Source: an uncultured Planctomycetota bacterium
GTDB taxonomy: Bacteria > Planctomycetota > Planctomycetia > Gemmatales > Gemmataceae
Direction: 5' to 3'
DNA: 64,000 nucleotides
NCBI GenBank assembly: GCA_963849325.1
Contig: CAWKHF010000001.1
Span: forward strand, 352,001-416,000
The notes under the pieces were generated by a model, which did not search any database, was not told the origin of the DNA, and was given only the letters and a program-made list of their open reading frames with translations. A program made the translations under genes and the position numbers. Shown piece by piece: positions 43,989 to 54,417 of the stretch (position 1 is its first letter; each line of letters opens with the position of its first letter).

Positions 43989-44045
43989 GACCAGCCCGGA
44001 GCGTCCGCGACGGTTCTCACCCGTCGCGGACGCTCCGGGCTGGTC
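43989..44045. repeat. Palindrome between convergent genes
   Basis: GACCAGCCCGGAGCGTCCGCGACGG...CCGTCGCGGACGCTCCGGGCTGGTC. Confidence 0.8.
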
Positions 44046-46740
44046 AAGATCCGCCATTCAATTTCTCCATCGCCAACTTCTTCGCCAACTGCAGCGCCTC
44101 GGCGAGCTTGCCGGCGTCCTTGCCACCGGCCTGGGCGATGCCCGTCGGTGGACCACCGCCCTTGCCGCCGACCACCTTCGCCACCTCGCCGACCAGCTTG
44201 CCCGCATGCAGCCCCTTTTTGCCGAGGTCATCCGTGACCAGACTCATCAGCCCGACCTTGCCTTCGTCGGCCCAGCCGACGACAACCACGGCGCTTTTGG
44301 CCTTCTCGCGCAGGCGGTCGAGCTGCTGTCGCATCTGCTCGACGGGCGCCGCCGGCATCTCGCCGACAATGATCTTCGAGCCGTCCGCCTCGACCGCCTG
44401 CGCCAGCAGACGATCGCCGGCGCCGGCCAGGTCGCCGGCCGCTCCCTTGCGCAGCTGGGCCTGCAACTTCTTCACTTCCTCCTGCAAGACCTCGACTCGG
44501 CGCGGCAGGTCGTCCGGCTGGCAGTTGAAGCGCCCGGTCAGTTCGTCCACCACCGCCGCCAGGCGCTGCACGGTGGCGACGGCCTCGCGGCCAGTGACGG
44601 CGACGACGCGGCGCACACCTTTGCCGACCAACTCCTGGCCGACGATCTTGAAGAAGCCTGCCTGTCCGGTGTGGTTCAGGTGCGTGCCGCCGCAAAACTC
44701 GACGGAGTCCTCGCGCGTCGCATCCTCCGGCTTCTGCGGCCCGATGAGCAGCACGCGCACGGGATCGGGGTACTTCTCGCCGAAGACGGCGCGGACGCCG
44801 GGCAGCTTCTTCGCCCCCGCCAACGGCATCGTCACCGCACTTACCGGCAGGTCGAAGTAAATCTTCTCATTGACCAGCCGCTCCACGTCCGCAATCTCCT
44901 GGACTGACAACGGCTTGTCATGCATAAAGTCGAAGCGCGTCTTCTCGGCATCGACCAGCGAGCCGCGCTGCTCGACGTGCTCGCCGAGCACTTTGCGCAG
45001 CGCCCAATTGAGCAAGTGCGTGGCCGTGTGATTGCGCATCGTATCGTAACGCAAACTCCCCACGTCCAGCGTCGCCGCCTGATCGCACTCCAGATAACCT
45101 TCCTTGACTTCGCCGAGGTGCAGTACCGCGTCGCCGAGTCTCTGGGTATCGTAGACCCAAAACTCCCCGGTGGGGGTATCCATGACGCCGTGGTCGCCGA
45201 CCTGGCCGCCCTGCTCGGCGTAGAAGTTCGTTTGATCCAGCAACAGCGCCGCCTCCTCGCCCTCCGGAAGCTGGCCCGAGCGGATAACGACGTTGTCCTT
45301 GACCCAGCCGAGGATCTTGCCATAGGCGGTCAGGCTGCCGTACTTGGGCGCATCGTTCGTCGCCGGCAGCTCGCCGTGGAGGGCGGAGAGGACGATCTTC
45401 GCGCGTCCCTGGCCCGACTTGCGGCGGTGTTCTTCCATCGCCTCCTCGTAGTCCGGCCGGTCCACGTGCATGCCGACCTCGGCCGCCATCTGCTCGGTCA
45501 GGTCGATGGGGAAGCCGTAGGTCGTGTGCAGGTTCGCCGCCTCGTGCCCACCGATGAGGCCGCCATGCTGCTTGCCGCGCTCCACCGCCTCGGCGAAGTG
45601 CGACAGGCCGCGCTGGATCGTCTTGAGGAACTCCGCTTCCTCGGCGCGCAATATGTCCGCCGTCCGCGCCGGATTCGCCTTCAACTCCGGGAACGCTCCT
45701 CCCATCTGCTCGACGACGACCGGAACCAGTTTATAGACGAACGGTTCGCGCAGATCGAAATACTGGTAGCCGAAGCGCACCGCGCGGCGGATGACGCTGC
45801 GCAGCACGGCATCGCGCTTCTTGTTGCCCGGCCGCGCTCCATCGGTGATGGCAAACGTCGCCATGCGCAGGTGGTCCGCGATCACCCGGAAACCTACGTC
45901 ATGCACGTCATCGAGCCGGCCGCCATACTTCTTGCCCGTCAGGTGGCCGATCGCATCCATGATCGGCGTGAACACGTCGGTGTCATAATTGCTCGTTTTG
46001 CCTTGTAGCACCGCGCAGATGCGCTCGAAGCCCATGCCGGTATCGACGTGTTTCGCCGGCAGCGGCGTCAGCTTCTTGTCCGGCCCGCGATTAAACTGGA
46101 TAAAGACGAGGTTCCATATCTCGATTACGTCCGGCGTGCCCTGGTTGACGAGCTTGCCGCCGCTCTTGTCCGGCGTGCGGTCGATGTGGATCTCGGTGCA
46201 GGGACCGCACGGACCCGTCTCGCCCATCTCCCAGAAATTGTCCTTCTTGTTGCCCTTGTGGATGTGCGACGGATCGATGTCCGTCTCGGAGCGCCACAGC
46301 GCCGCCGCCTCGTCGTCGGGCGCCAGGCCCAGTTCCGAATCGCCCTCGAAGACAGTCGCGTGCAGCCGGCTTTTGTCCAGCTTCCACTCTTTCGTTAGCA
46401 GTTCCCACGCCCAGCGGATCGCCTCTTTCTTGAAGTAATCGCCGAACGACCAGTTGCCGAGCATCTCGAAGAAGGTGTGGTGATAGGTGTCCTTGCCAAC
46501 GTCTTCGAGGTCGTTGTGCTTACCGCCGGCGCGGATACACTTCTGCGTGTTGGCCGCGCGCTTGTACGGCCGGGTGCCGGTGCCGAGAAACACGTCCTTG
46601 AACTGGTTCATGCCAGCGTTGCTGAACAGCAGCGTCGGGTCATCGTGCGGCACGACACTGCTGGACGGCACGAACGTGTGACCGTGCTTCTTGACGAAGA
46701 AGTCGAGGAACTGTTGACGGATGTCGTTGGCGGATGGCAT
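44044..46740 (-). CDS. alaS: Alanine--tRNA ligase
   Basis: NAGMNQFK, HHTFFEMLGNWSFGDYFK, DTGMGFER, NHTATH, EFCGGTH, GGKGGG. Confidence 0.98.
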   Translation of the reverse strand: MPSANDIRQQFLDFFVKKHGHTFVPSSSVVPHDDPTLLFSNAGMNQFKDVFLGTGTRPYKRAANTQKCIRAGGKHNDLEDVGKDTYHHTFFEMLGNWSFGDYFKKEAIRWAWELLTKEWKLDKSRLHATVFEGDSELGLAPDDEAAALWRSETDIDPSHIHKGNKKDNFWEMGETGPCGPCTEIHIDRTPDKSGGKLVNQGTPDVIEIWNLVFIQFNRGPDKKLTPLPAKHVDTGMGFERICAVLQGKTSNYDTDVFTPIMDAIGHLTGKKYGGRLDDVHDVGFRVIADHLRMATFAITDGARPGNKKRDAVLRSVIRRAVRFGYQYFDLREPFVYKLVPVVVEQMGGAFPELKANPARTADILRAEEAEFLKTIQRGLSHFAEAVERGKQHGGLIGGHEAANLHTTYGFPIDLTEQMAAEVGMHVDRPDYEEAMEEHRRKSGQGRAKIVLSALHGELPATNDAPKYGSLTAYGKILGWVKDNVVIRSGQLPEGEEAALLLDQTNFYAEQGGQVGDHGVMDTPTGEFWVYDTQRLGDAVLHLGEVKEGYLECDQAATLDVGSLRYDTMRNHTATHLLNWALRKVLGEHVEQRGSLVDAEKTRFDFMHDKPLSVQEIADVERLVNEKIYFDLPVSAVTMPLAGAKKLPGVRAVFGEKYPDPVRVLLIGPQKPEDATREDSVEFCGGTHLNHTGQAGFFKIVGQELVGKGVRRVVAVTGREAVATVQRLAAVVDELTGRFNCQPDDLPRRVEVLQEEVKKLQAQLRKGAAGDLAGAGDRLLAQAVEADGSKIIVGEMPAAPVEQMRQQLDRLREKAKSAVVVVGWADEGKVGLMSLVTDDLGKKGLHAGKLVGEVAKVVGGKGGGPPTGIAQAGGKDAGKLAEALQLAKKLAMEKLNGGS

Positions 46741-46759
46741 GAAGGCTTCTCGCTAGGCT

Positions 46760-47143
46760 TCACTTGATAAAGCGGATGTTCAAGGGATAACGATAAACTT
46801 CGCCCTTGTTGGCGGCCACGCCGCCCAGGATGCCGAAGACCAGGGTCAGCACCCAGACGGCGAGGTTGAGGGCGCCGAAGGTGAAGCAGATGGTCAGGCC
46901 GCCGAGAAAGTGACCGATCATCATGGTCAGATGGAAGTTGACCGCTTCCTTGCCCTGGTCGTCCACGAAGCGCGACTCGTCTTTCTTCAGGAGCCAGATG
47001 AGGAGCGGGATGAGGAAGCCGAAAATGCCGCCGAGGTGGGCGAACATGGCCATCTGCCGCTCTTGCGCGTTGGAACGGATGCTCGGTAGCCCCGGGGAGT
47101 CGTCCGGTAAGGGGTCGCGGTCGTTGTCCTCGTAGTCGGTCAT
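46760..47143 (-). CDS. DUF4870 domain membrane protein
   Basis: AMFAHLG..PLLIWL.KKDESRFVDDQGKEAVNF...YRYPLNIRFIK. Confidence 0.88.
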   Translation of the reverse strand: MTDYEDNDRDPLPDDSPGLPSIRSNAQERQMAMFAHLGGIFGFLIPLLIWLLKKDESRFVDDQGKEAVNFHLTMMIGHFLGGLTICFTFGALNLAVWVLTLVFGILGGVAANKGEVYRYPLNIRFIK

Positions 47144-47428
47144 GGCTGCTTCTCCGGGAGGTTGCCCTGTCCCCGGCGGGCGGAGGGTTGCGACAGCGGA
47201 CACAGCGATTCGCAGCGGATTATTCTCCGACCTGGCGCCGCTCCCGTCAACGTGACGGCGACCAGAAGCCTCGCCCTCCTCCTCGACACGGCACGCCTCT
47301 CCTCGGTTCGACTCGCCGTCGGCCGCGAAAAACCCGCCCTTTGTGGTTGACTTGCTCCCATCACCCGGCTTTGATGTATCTTTTGTTCCCCTTCGCGTGA
47401 GGTTGACCGAAGAACGTCCTCAAGGAGA

Positions 47429-47899
47429 ATGCGCGTGTCCGCCCATCACCTGGTTCGCCTGGCCCTCGTCCTGTTGACGTTGACATCGCTGTCTCTGCCG
47501 GCCGTGGCGCAGCCGGGCCGGCCCGGACAACCGGGTCGGCCGGGGCAGCCGTTCCAGCCTGTTCGGCCAGGCCAGCCGTTCTCCTCCGGCCCAAGCGACG
47601 CGCAGAAAGCGGGTGCCGCCGCCTGCGGCGGCGCGGCCATCTTCTTCGTCATCGTGATGGTCGCCATCTCCATTGTCACCACGGTTATCTGGGTCTTTGT
47701 CCTGATCTGGGTGGCCAAGGACGCCAGGTCGCGCGGCATGGACAACGGCGCCATGTGGGTGGTCCTCATCCTGTTTACCGGCGTCATTGGCCTGGTTATC
47801 TACATCGTCTCCCGGAACCAGGGCGATCTGGTGATCTGTCGGGAGTGTGGCAACAAGCGTCTGCGCGAGAGCCGTCGATGCCCTCACTGTCGCGCCTGA
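47429..47899 (+). CDS. Membrane protein with PLDc_N-like hairpin and C-terminal zinc ribbon
   Basis: Signal, QPGRPG repeats, WVAKDARSRGM..W..LVIY, CREC...CPHC. Confidence 0.7.
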   Translation: MRVSAHHLVRLALVLLTLTSLSLPAVAQPGRPGQPGRPGQPFQPVRPGQPFSSGPSDAQKAGAAACGGAAIFFVIVMVAISIVTTVIWVFVLIWVAKDARSRGMDNGAMWVVLILFTGVIGLVIYIVSRNQGDLVICRECGNKRLRESRRCPHCRA

Positions 47900-48234
47900 G
47901 AGACCCGCGGACCTGGTTGGTGTTGTTCGCCGGCCTCGCCTTGCTGGCCGTGCTGGACTCGTTCCGCGCGCCCGAGCAACAGCGAACCGCCCGGGCCTAC
48001 GTCGGCGCGGTTCATCTTTATCAGAGGGCTGGCCGCCCCGTGCTCCGGGGCCGTGTCGTGTGCCGGTTCACGCCGAGTTGTTCGGATTATTCGATCGAGG
48101 CGGTCGAGCGGCACGGCATTCGTCGAGGGCTGGTCCTGACCGTCAAACGGCTGGCGGCGTGCAACCACGGCACAGCACCGGGCACCTACGATCCGGTGCC
48201 GCCGGAAGAACCAAACCACAAATCACACGAATAA
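47878..48234 (+). CDS. yidD: Membrane protein insertion efficiency factor YidD-like
   Basis: YQR...CRFTPSCSDYSIEAVERHG..RGL....RLAACN...YDPVP. Confidence 0.85.
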   Translation: MPSLSRLRDPRTWLVLFAGLALLAVLDSFRAPEQQRTARAYVGAVHLYQRAGRPVLRGRVVCRFTPSCSDYSIEAVERHGIRRGLVLTVKRLAACNHGTAPGTYDPVPPEEPNHKSHE

Positions 48235-48332
48235 CACGAATCAAAGACAAAAAAGGCGTCTATAGTGCGCATGTTTCCACGGGCATTCTTTCTTGTCTTT
48301 TATTCGTGTTATTGTCGTGTGATTCGTGGTTT
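48213..48332. repeat. Inverted cassette of tandem nonamers (ACACGAATA-like)
   Basis: AAACCACAAATCACACGAATAACACGAAT ... ATTCGTGTTATTGTCGTGTGATTCGTGGTTT. Confidence 0.75.
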
Positions 48333-49502
48333 TTCTCTTGATGAGCACGGCGGACGGCGGCGTAGACCTCGCGCAGGGCGACGCCGTGTTGGCGGGCGAC
48401 GCGGGCGCAGTCGTCGTATTCCGGCGTGAACACGCTCGGCCCACCCTCGCGCCAGCCGCGCTTGCCGCGGACGGGGCCCCACGGCGTCGAGACCGTCACC
48501 GCCTCGCGCTGCAGCTTGCGGCGCTCAACCGGATAACGGCGGATGCCGAACGTCTCCGTCTCGCGGAACAGCACCGCCTCCAGCACCGGCAGAGCGCTCT
48601 CGACGGCCAGCACGCTCAGCAACACGCCGGGCCGATTCTTCTTCATCTGGATCGGCGTGCTGAATACGTCCAGCGCCCCCGCCGCGAACAGCTGATCGAA
48701 GCAGTAGCCGACAACCTCGGCCGCCACATCGTCGAGGTTCGTCTCCAGTATCCAAACGCGGTCATGCTCCTCCGGGTTCGCCGGGCCGGACACCTCGCCG
48801 ACGAATACGCGCAGCAGGTTCGGCTGTTCGAGAAAGTCGCGCTGGCCGGCGCCGTGGCCGATGCGCTCGATCGTCATGACCGGCTGCTCGATCCACTCCT
48901 GCACGATGGTCGTGAGGATGGCGGCGCCGGTCGGCGTCGTCAGCTCGGCCTTGATCGGCGAAGCAGCCAGCGGAACGCCCTTGAGCAGCGCCGCCGTGCC
49001 GGGCGCGGGCACCGGCATCAGGCCGTGCGCGCACTTCACCATGCCGCTGCCGGTCGGCACCGACCGGCTGGTGATGCGCTCGGCACCCAGCAGGTCCAGG
49101 GCGATGGCGACGCCAGCGATGTCGGCGATGCTGTCGAGAGCGCCGACCTCGTGGAAGTGGACTTTCTCCAGCGGCATGCCGTGGGCGGCGGACTCCGCTT
49201 CGGCCAGGCGGCGGAAGATGCGCAGGGCCAGGTCGCGCTGCGAGGACGTCGAGCTGGCCGCGACCCAAAATCTCTTCCACGTCCGGCAGATGGCGATGCG
49301 CGTGCTCCTCGGGAGCGTCGATGGTGACCTGCGTGGCCGCGAAGCCGCCCTTGCGTACTCGGGCCACGTCGAGACGGATCGGCAGGCCCAACGACGCGAG
49401 GCCGTGGCGGACGGACTCGACATCCACGCCCGCGTCGAACAGCGCCGCCAGCGTCATGTCGCCGCTGAGTCCACTGAAACAATCGAAATGCAGTCCACGC
49501 AC
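48260..49502 (-). CDS. larC: Nickel pincer cofactor biosynthesis protein LarC (frameshift near 49250)
   Basis: HFDCFSGLSGDM, VHFHEVGALDSIAD, AHGLMPVPAP, ELTTPTG, ETNLDD, MKKNRPG, PEYDDC. Confidence 0.93.
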
Positions 49503-49583
49503 CGTAGAATCCTCCCGTGTCGGAGTGATTCTACAGCGCCGGAGAGAGGCGCCCAAGGGGCAGGGCGAGAAACCACCCAGCAG

Positions 49584-50590
49584 CTAGCGCAGAGGAATGG
49601 CGGCCGGCGTCGGCGCGACGAGCGGTTGCGGTGTGGAATGGCCCTCGACCTCGGCCGCGGCGCTCAGCGGAGGCAACGGAACGCCTGGCAAGACGGTGGT
49701 CGGTGCAGTCGGCGGCGTGCTCGGCGTACTCGGGACCGAAGCGGTGGCCGGGGCAACGGAAGGAAGCGGGCTGCCCTGGGGTAGCAGAGCCGAAGGCGTA
49801 GGCGCGGCGCCTGGGGTCTGGTAAGAGGTTTGCACAACCGTCGCTCCCGGCGCGGCCGGCAGCGTGCTCCGCTGGGCCAGCGACGTGCCCAGGTTCGGAT
49901 CCTTCTGCATGGCCACTTCCAGGTAGCGCCGACTCAATTCGGGTTGATGCAAATGGTCCAGCGTCTGCGCCAGCCGATAGTGTCCCAGGGCGTCGCCGCT
50001 GGAGCGGACGAAGCAATCCAGGCTCTCCGGATAGCGGCCGGTCTGGGCCAGCACGACGCCCAGCGTGTTGAGATAACCGCGGTTGGCCGGCTCCAGCTGC
50101 GCCGCTCGGCTCAGGCAGTCCGTCGCGGACACCCAGTCCTTTTGGCGGTTGTAGTTCACGCCCAGTTCGTACCAGAGGGAGGCATTACTGGGAGCGATCT
50201 GGAGGGCTTTCTGATAGGTCTCCACGGCGCCAGCGGATCTTGCATGGCCGTGTACAGGCGGGCCAGGGATTGATAGGCCGGCACGTACTTGGGATCGTTC
50301 TTGATGGCGCGCTCGTAATCCTGGCGTGCGGCCTCGAGGACTTGCTGCTGCCGGGCCGGCGGGAAGTCCGGCGCCAACGCCTCGCCCGCCTTGAAATCGC
50401 CCCACGACACCAGCACGGCGGGCGGCGGCTCTTTCACCGGCTGAGTCGCCGCTTTCTTGATCCGGCTGGGGTCGATCGGCGTCTGGTTGGCTACCTGCAC
50501 CGACGGCGGCACGGTCGTCACCTGATGCTGACAGCCCGCCGCGCCGCCCAGCAGGCACAAAGTCAGCCCCAACGTCCGGCGACAATCCAT
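49584..50590 (-). CDS. TPR-repeat lipoprotein, TadD/pilotin-like (frameshift near 50235)
   Basis: Lipobox-like AAGC; TPR helices YERAIKNDP, YQKALQIAP, YLNTLGVVLAQ; Pro-rich tail. Confidence 0.7.
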
Positions 50591-50611
50591 GTCGGAACCT
50601 CCTCGGGACTT

Positions 50612-51953
50612 CTACTTGAATTCGCGGATGAAGCTGGTTGCCGCCTCGGCGATGAGATCGCGCGTCAATTGAACCGGCTGTCGTCTGAATCGACAAATCG
50701 ACTGAACCGTCTCCAGCAAATCGCGGCAATCGCTGGCGCGAGGACAACGACCGCGATTGTAATAATTGTTCATACATGTAATCGATGGCGGCGGGACACT
50801 GGTTCATGCCCAGGCGCTTGGCGTAGCTGTGGAAGATGCGCTCATAGATGTCGCGCTTGGGAGCGGTGATCTCCAGCTTGTGCCTCATGCGGCGCAGGAA
50901 GGCGTCGTCCACCAGGTCCTTGGGATCGAGGTTGGTGGAGAACATGGTCAGCTGCTCGAACGGCACCTGGAACTTCTGGCCGGAGGCCAGCGACAGGTAA
51001 TCGATGCGGTTTTCCAGCGGTACGATCCAGCGATTGAGCAGCTCCTTGGGACTGCACAGCTGACGGCCGAAGTCGTCGATGAGGAAGACTCCGCCGTTGG
51101 CCTTGACGTGCATCGGCGCCTGATAATAGTTCGATTCGGGCGAATACTTCAAATCGAGCATGGACAGGTTCAGCTCGCCGCCGGTGATGATGACCGGACG
51201 CTTGATCTTGACCCAGCGCGCGTCCACGGTGCCGGTATTGAGCAGGCGGCGGATGGTCGCCTCGTTGTCCTCCAGGCGCGTCGAGGGCCCCTCCTCGGCC
51301 GCTTCGTGTACGGCCTGATCGTAGACGGTGACGATGTTGTTCTCGGCGAGGAAGGCGTAGGGCACGAAGATCTCGCCGCCCGAGGTGTTCATGAAGGCGC
51401 CGATGGACTGGGCCATGGCGGTCTTGCCGTTGCCGGGCGGGCCGTAGATGAACACCGACTTGCCGCTGACGATGGCCGGGCCGACCGCGTTGAACAATTC
51501 ATCGCTGACGACGAGATGGGCGAAGGCGGCGCGCAGCGATTCGGGCGAGACCTCGATGGCGGTGACGGCCTGGCGATAGACCTGCTCGACGTAATCCTCC
51601 AACGGCACCGGCGCCGGGCCGACGTAGGCGCACTGCTCCAGCGACTCCTGGGCGCGACGACGGCCCAGCTCGGTCAGGCTGAAGCGGTAGCTGATGCGGC
51701 CGATCAGGTCGCCGCCCAGCACCTCGACGCACTTCTCGTTTTTGAGGAAGGTCAGCGATTCTTCAACGATCTTGAACGGCAGGCACAGGACGCGCGACAG
51801 GTCCAGGCCGAGCATGCCGCCGCGCACGTACAGGGTGCGCAGGATCAGGTCGTTGAGAAAGCCCAGCAGCAGACCCGTCTGCTGCATGTTCTCCGGAGCG
51901 CTGGGCGCCTCCGGCAGTCCGCTGCTGTCCCAGTCCATTCCGCTTCGTTTCAT
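50612..51953 (-). CDS. AAA+ family ATPase (frameshift near 50765)
   Basis: Walker A GPPGNGKT, Walker B FLIDDFGRQ, FSTNL, AFLRR. Confidence 0.85.
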
Positions 51954-51997
51954 CGTTTGCACGTCACGAACCCCCCATTGGGCACGAGAGCCTTCCT

Positions 51998-52264
51998 TTA
52001 CTGTAGCTTGCGAATCATGACGAAAAGAGCCACGCACATGGCGCCGGCACAAAATTGCACCACGCGCGTTCGGCCGCCGCCGGCGAACCACTTGCCGAAG
52101 CTGAAACCCTCCGCCAACAGGACCGGAGCCGTCACGGCGTCCACGTCGGCGCGGACCACGGCGAACGATCCCGGCCGCTCGGACGCATCGGCCGGCGCCG
52201 CCGCCGTCGTCGTCAACAACAGCAGAGCGGTCAACAAAACCCGTCGGTGACAGGACATCGTCAT
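51998..52264 (-). CDS. Small hypothetical membrane protein
   Basis: Signal-like N-terminus and C-terminal TM ending VMIRKLQ; GGAGG RBS. Confidence 0.55.
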   Translation of the reverse strand: MTMSCHRRVLLTALLLLTTTAAAPADASERPGSFAVVRADVDAVTAPVLLAEGFSFGKWFAGGGRTRVVQFCAGAMCVALFVMIRKLQ

Positions 52265-52322
52265 GGCGCTGCCTCCCATTGCTTCTCGATCTCTCGTCTC
52301 CGCACTGAACGGGACATCGGGG

Positions 52323-52367
52323 AAAAAGAAAAGGCCAGAGCGGGCCTGTGTAAAGCCCTCCCTGGCC
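52323..52367 (-). terminator. Intrinsic terminator at the end of the core Tad transcript
   Basis: Minus strand GGCCAGGGAGGGC...GCCCGCTCTGGCC then TTTTCTTTTT. Confidence 0.65.
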
Positions 52368-52374
52368 CGTCGTT

Positions 52375-52460
52375 AGTTCTGAGTTCTGAGTTCTGAGTTC
52401 TGAGTGAAAAACGACAACTAGCGTCTTTCACTCAGAACTCAGAACTCAGAACTCAGAACT
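52375..52460. repeat. Inverted heptamer cassette (AGTTCTG)x4 / (CAGAACT)x4
   Basis: Arms end in GAGTGAAA...TTTCACTC around a unique spacer. Confidence 0.92.
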
Positions 52461-52466
52461 TTGGGC

Positions 52467-53201
52467 TTACCGGCCAGCTCCGGCTCCGCCGCCGGTGCCG
52501 GTGCCGGACCCGCCGGAAACATTGGCGCCGCCGGTGCTACCCATGTTGCCGCCCATGCCGCCCATGCCGCCGCCCATGCCGCCGCCCATGCCGCCGCCCA
52601 TGCCGCCGGCCATGCCGCCCATGCCGCCCATGCCGCCACCCATGCCGCCGCCCATGCCACCCATCATGGGTAGACCGCCCATGAAGCGGAAGTACATCTG
52701 CGACACACTCTGGTTGACCGGCGTAGACGCCAGGTCCACCTGGGCCGGGTCATGCACGACGATATGGAACGCCAGCGGTCGGCCGGCGGTCTGGGCCGCC
52801 AGGTACGCCTGCACGGCCGCGATCCGTCGTCCGTCCAGCGTCTGCCGCATCTCGACCAGCTTCTCCGGCACCGTCTGATCGTAGACCAGATCCTGAGCCG
52901 TCTGCAGATACAACGCCGTGTCGGGGCACGGCCGGCGTCGCGCCAGGTTGGCCAGGCGCTCCAGCCCCCCGGTCGTCAGCTTGTCCGTACCCGGCTCGAA
53001 GTAGTAGTTCCAAACCGTCTGATCGAGCACGTGTCCGTTCTGCACCTGCGGCGCGATGGCGGCGTTGAGTTCCTGACGCGCCATGTAGTTGTAGCGCATC
53101 GGATAGCACGGATCGACACAGGTATCCGGCAGACAGCCCAGGCCGGCCGCCGACACGACGCCGCACAGGACGGCCGCCGACTTGTTGATGAATCCTTTCA
53201 T
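52467..53201 (-). CDS. Putative lipoprotein with Gly/Met-rich tail, directly after tadC
   Basis: AGLGC lipobox-like, VDPCYP..QVQNGHVLDQTVWNYYF, (GGM)n tail. Confidence 0.75.
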   Translation of the reverse strand: MKGFINKSAAVLCGVVSAAGLGCLPDTCVDPCYPMRYNYMARQELNAAIAPQVQNGHVLDQTVWNYYFEPGTDKLTTGGLERLANLARRRPCPDTALYLQTAQDLVYDQTVPEKLVEMRQTLDGRRIAAVQAYLAAQTAGRPLAFHIVVHDPAQVDLASTPVNQSVSQMYFRFMGGLPMMGGMGGGMGGGMGGMGGMAGGMGGGMGGGMGGGMGGMGGNMGSTGGANVSGGSGTGTGGGAGAGR

Positions 53202-53221
53202 CGTCCTTCACTCCTTTTTCA

Positions 53222-53310
53222 AGTTCTGAGTTCTGAGTTCTGAGTTCTGAGTGAAAAAACAATCCACTTGCTTCTTTCACTCAGAACTCAGAACTCAGAA
53301 CTCAGAACTC
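53222..53310. repeat. Inverted heptamer cassette (AGTTCTG)x4 / (CAGAACT)x4
   Basis: Same architecture as 52375, different spacer. Confidence 0.92.
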
Positions 53311-53313
53311 TAC

Positions 53314-54264
53314 TTACTTCATCATCGTCTTCATGATGCTGATGGCCGCCGGCCCCACGAGGACCACGAAGATCCCCGGGAAGATGAACAGCACCAGCGG
53401 GAAGATCAACTGCACCGCCGTCTTGGCGGCCTTCTCCTCGGCCAACTGCTTGCGCCGCGTCCGCATCGAATCGGACTGCACGCGCAGCGCCTGGGCGATG
53501 CTCGAGCCGAAACGATCGGCCTGGATGAGGATGGCCGCCAGGCTGCGCACGTCATCGACGCCGGTGCGCACGCCCAGGTCGTGCAGCACCTCGCGGCGCG
53601 GCCGGCCCATCTGCAGCTGGAAGTTGGCCAGCGAAAACTCCTCGGCGATCACCTTGGCGTGGTCCTTCATCTCGTCGCACACCTTGCGCATGGCCGCGTC
53701 CAGGCCCAGGCCGCTCTCCACGCACACCACCAGCAGGTCCAGGGCGTCCGGCAGGGACAGGAAGATTTCCTCCTGGCGCTTCTTGCGCAGGAACCACAGC
53801 ACCAGGCTGGGCAGGTAAAAGCCGATGCCGCCGAAGATGCCGATCGGCTTCAGCGCCGCCATCGTGAAGCCGTGCTTGGGCAAGAAGATGGCCAGCGCCC
53901 AGCAGCAAGAAGCCGACCAGCACGGCCAAGCGCAGGCCGAGGTAGACCGCCACCGCCGAATCGCTGCGGAAGCCGGCGTTGGCCAGCTTGATCTTCAGCT
54001 CCGATTGCTCCAGCTCCGTCTGCGGCATCAGCGGCCCGGACAGGGCCTTGGCCGTCTCCATGACGCCCTGGAAGCGTTCCTTCTTCAGCTTGGGGTCCTC
54101 GATCTCGGCCAGCGAGGCCGGCCGGCTCGATGCGGTCCAGCCGCTCCTGGGCGCGGCTGTTGCGGTTGGAGATCATGCGACAGGACGGCGAAGACGCCGG
54201 CCACGAGCCCGCCGAACACCAGCAGCGGGATCATTTCCTGTAAGCCGACTAGGGCAAAGACCAC
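53314..54264 (-). CDS. tadC: Tad pilus assembly protein TadC (T2SS F family; frameshifts)
   Basis: KLANAGFR, LPDALDLLVVCVESGLGLDAA, LIQADRFG, AEEKAAK..LIFPLVLFIFP. Confidence 0.9.
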
Positions 54265-54282
54265 GACGCACCTCCCACTTGA

Positions 54283-54414
54283 GCAATCAGCAATCAGCGA
54301 TCAGCAATCAGCAGCCCGTTCTCAACGATTACCGATGAAATCGACTTTTCGCATCTCTCAGCGTGAAAAACTTTACGCCGTCTTCGCTGATCGCTGATCG
54401 CTGATCGCTGACAG
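54283..54414. repeat. Inverted heptamer cassette (CAGCAAT/CAGCGAT)n / (GCTGATC)n
   Basis: GCAATCAGCAATCAGCGATCAGCAATCAGC ... GCTGATCGCTGATCGCTGATCGCTGA. Confidence 0.85.
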
Positions 54415-54417
54415 CTT

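Noticed and set aside
52540-52670. GCCGCCCAT tandem repeat as a separate DNA element
   Set aside because: It is explained by the in-frame Gly-Gly-Met tail of the CDS.
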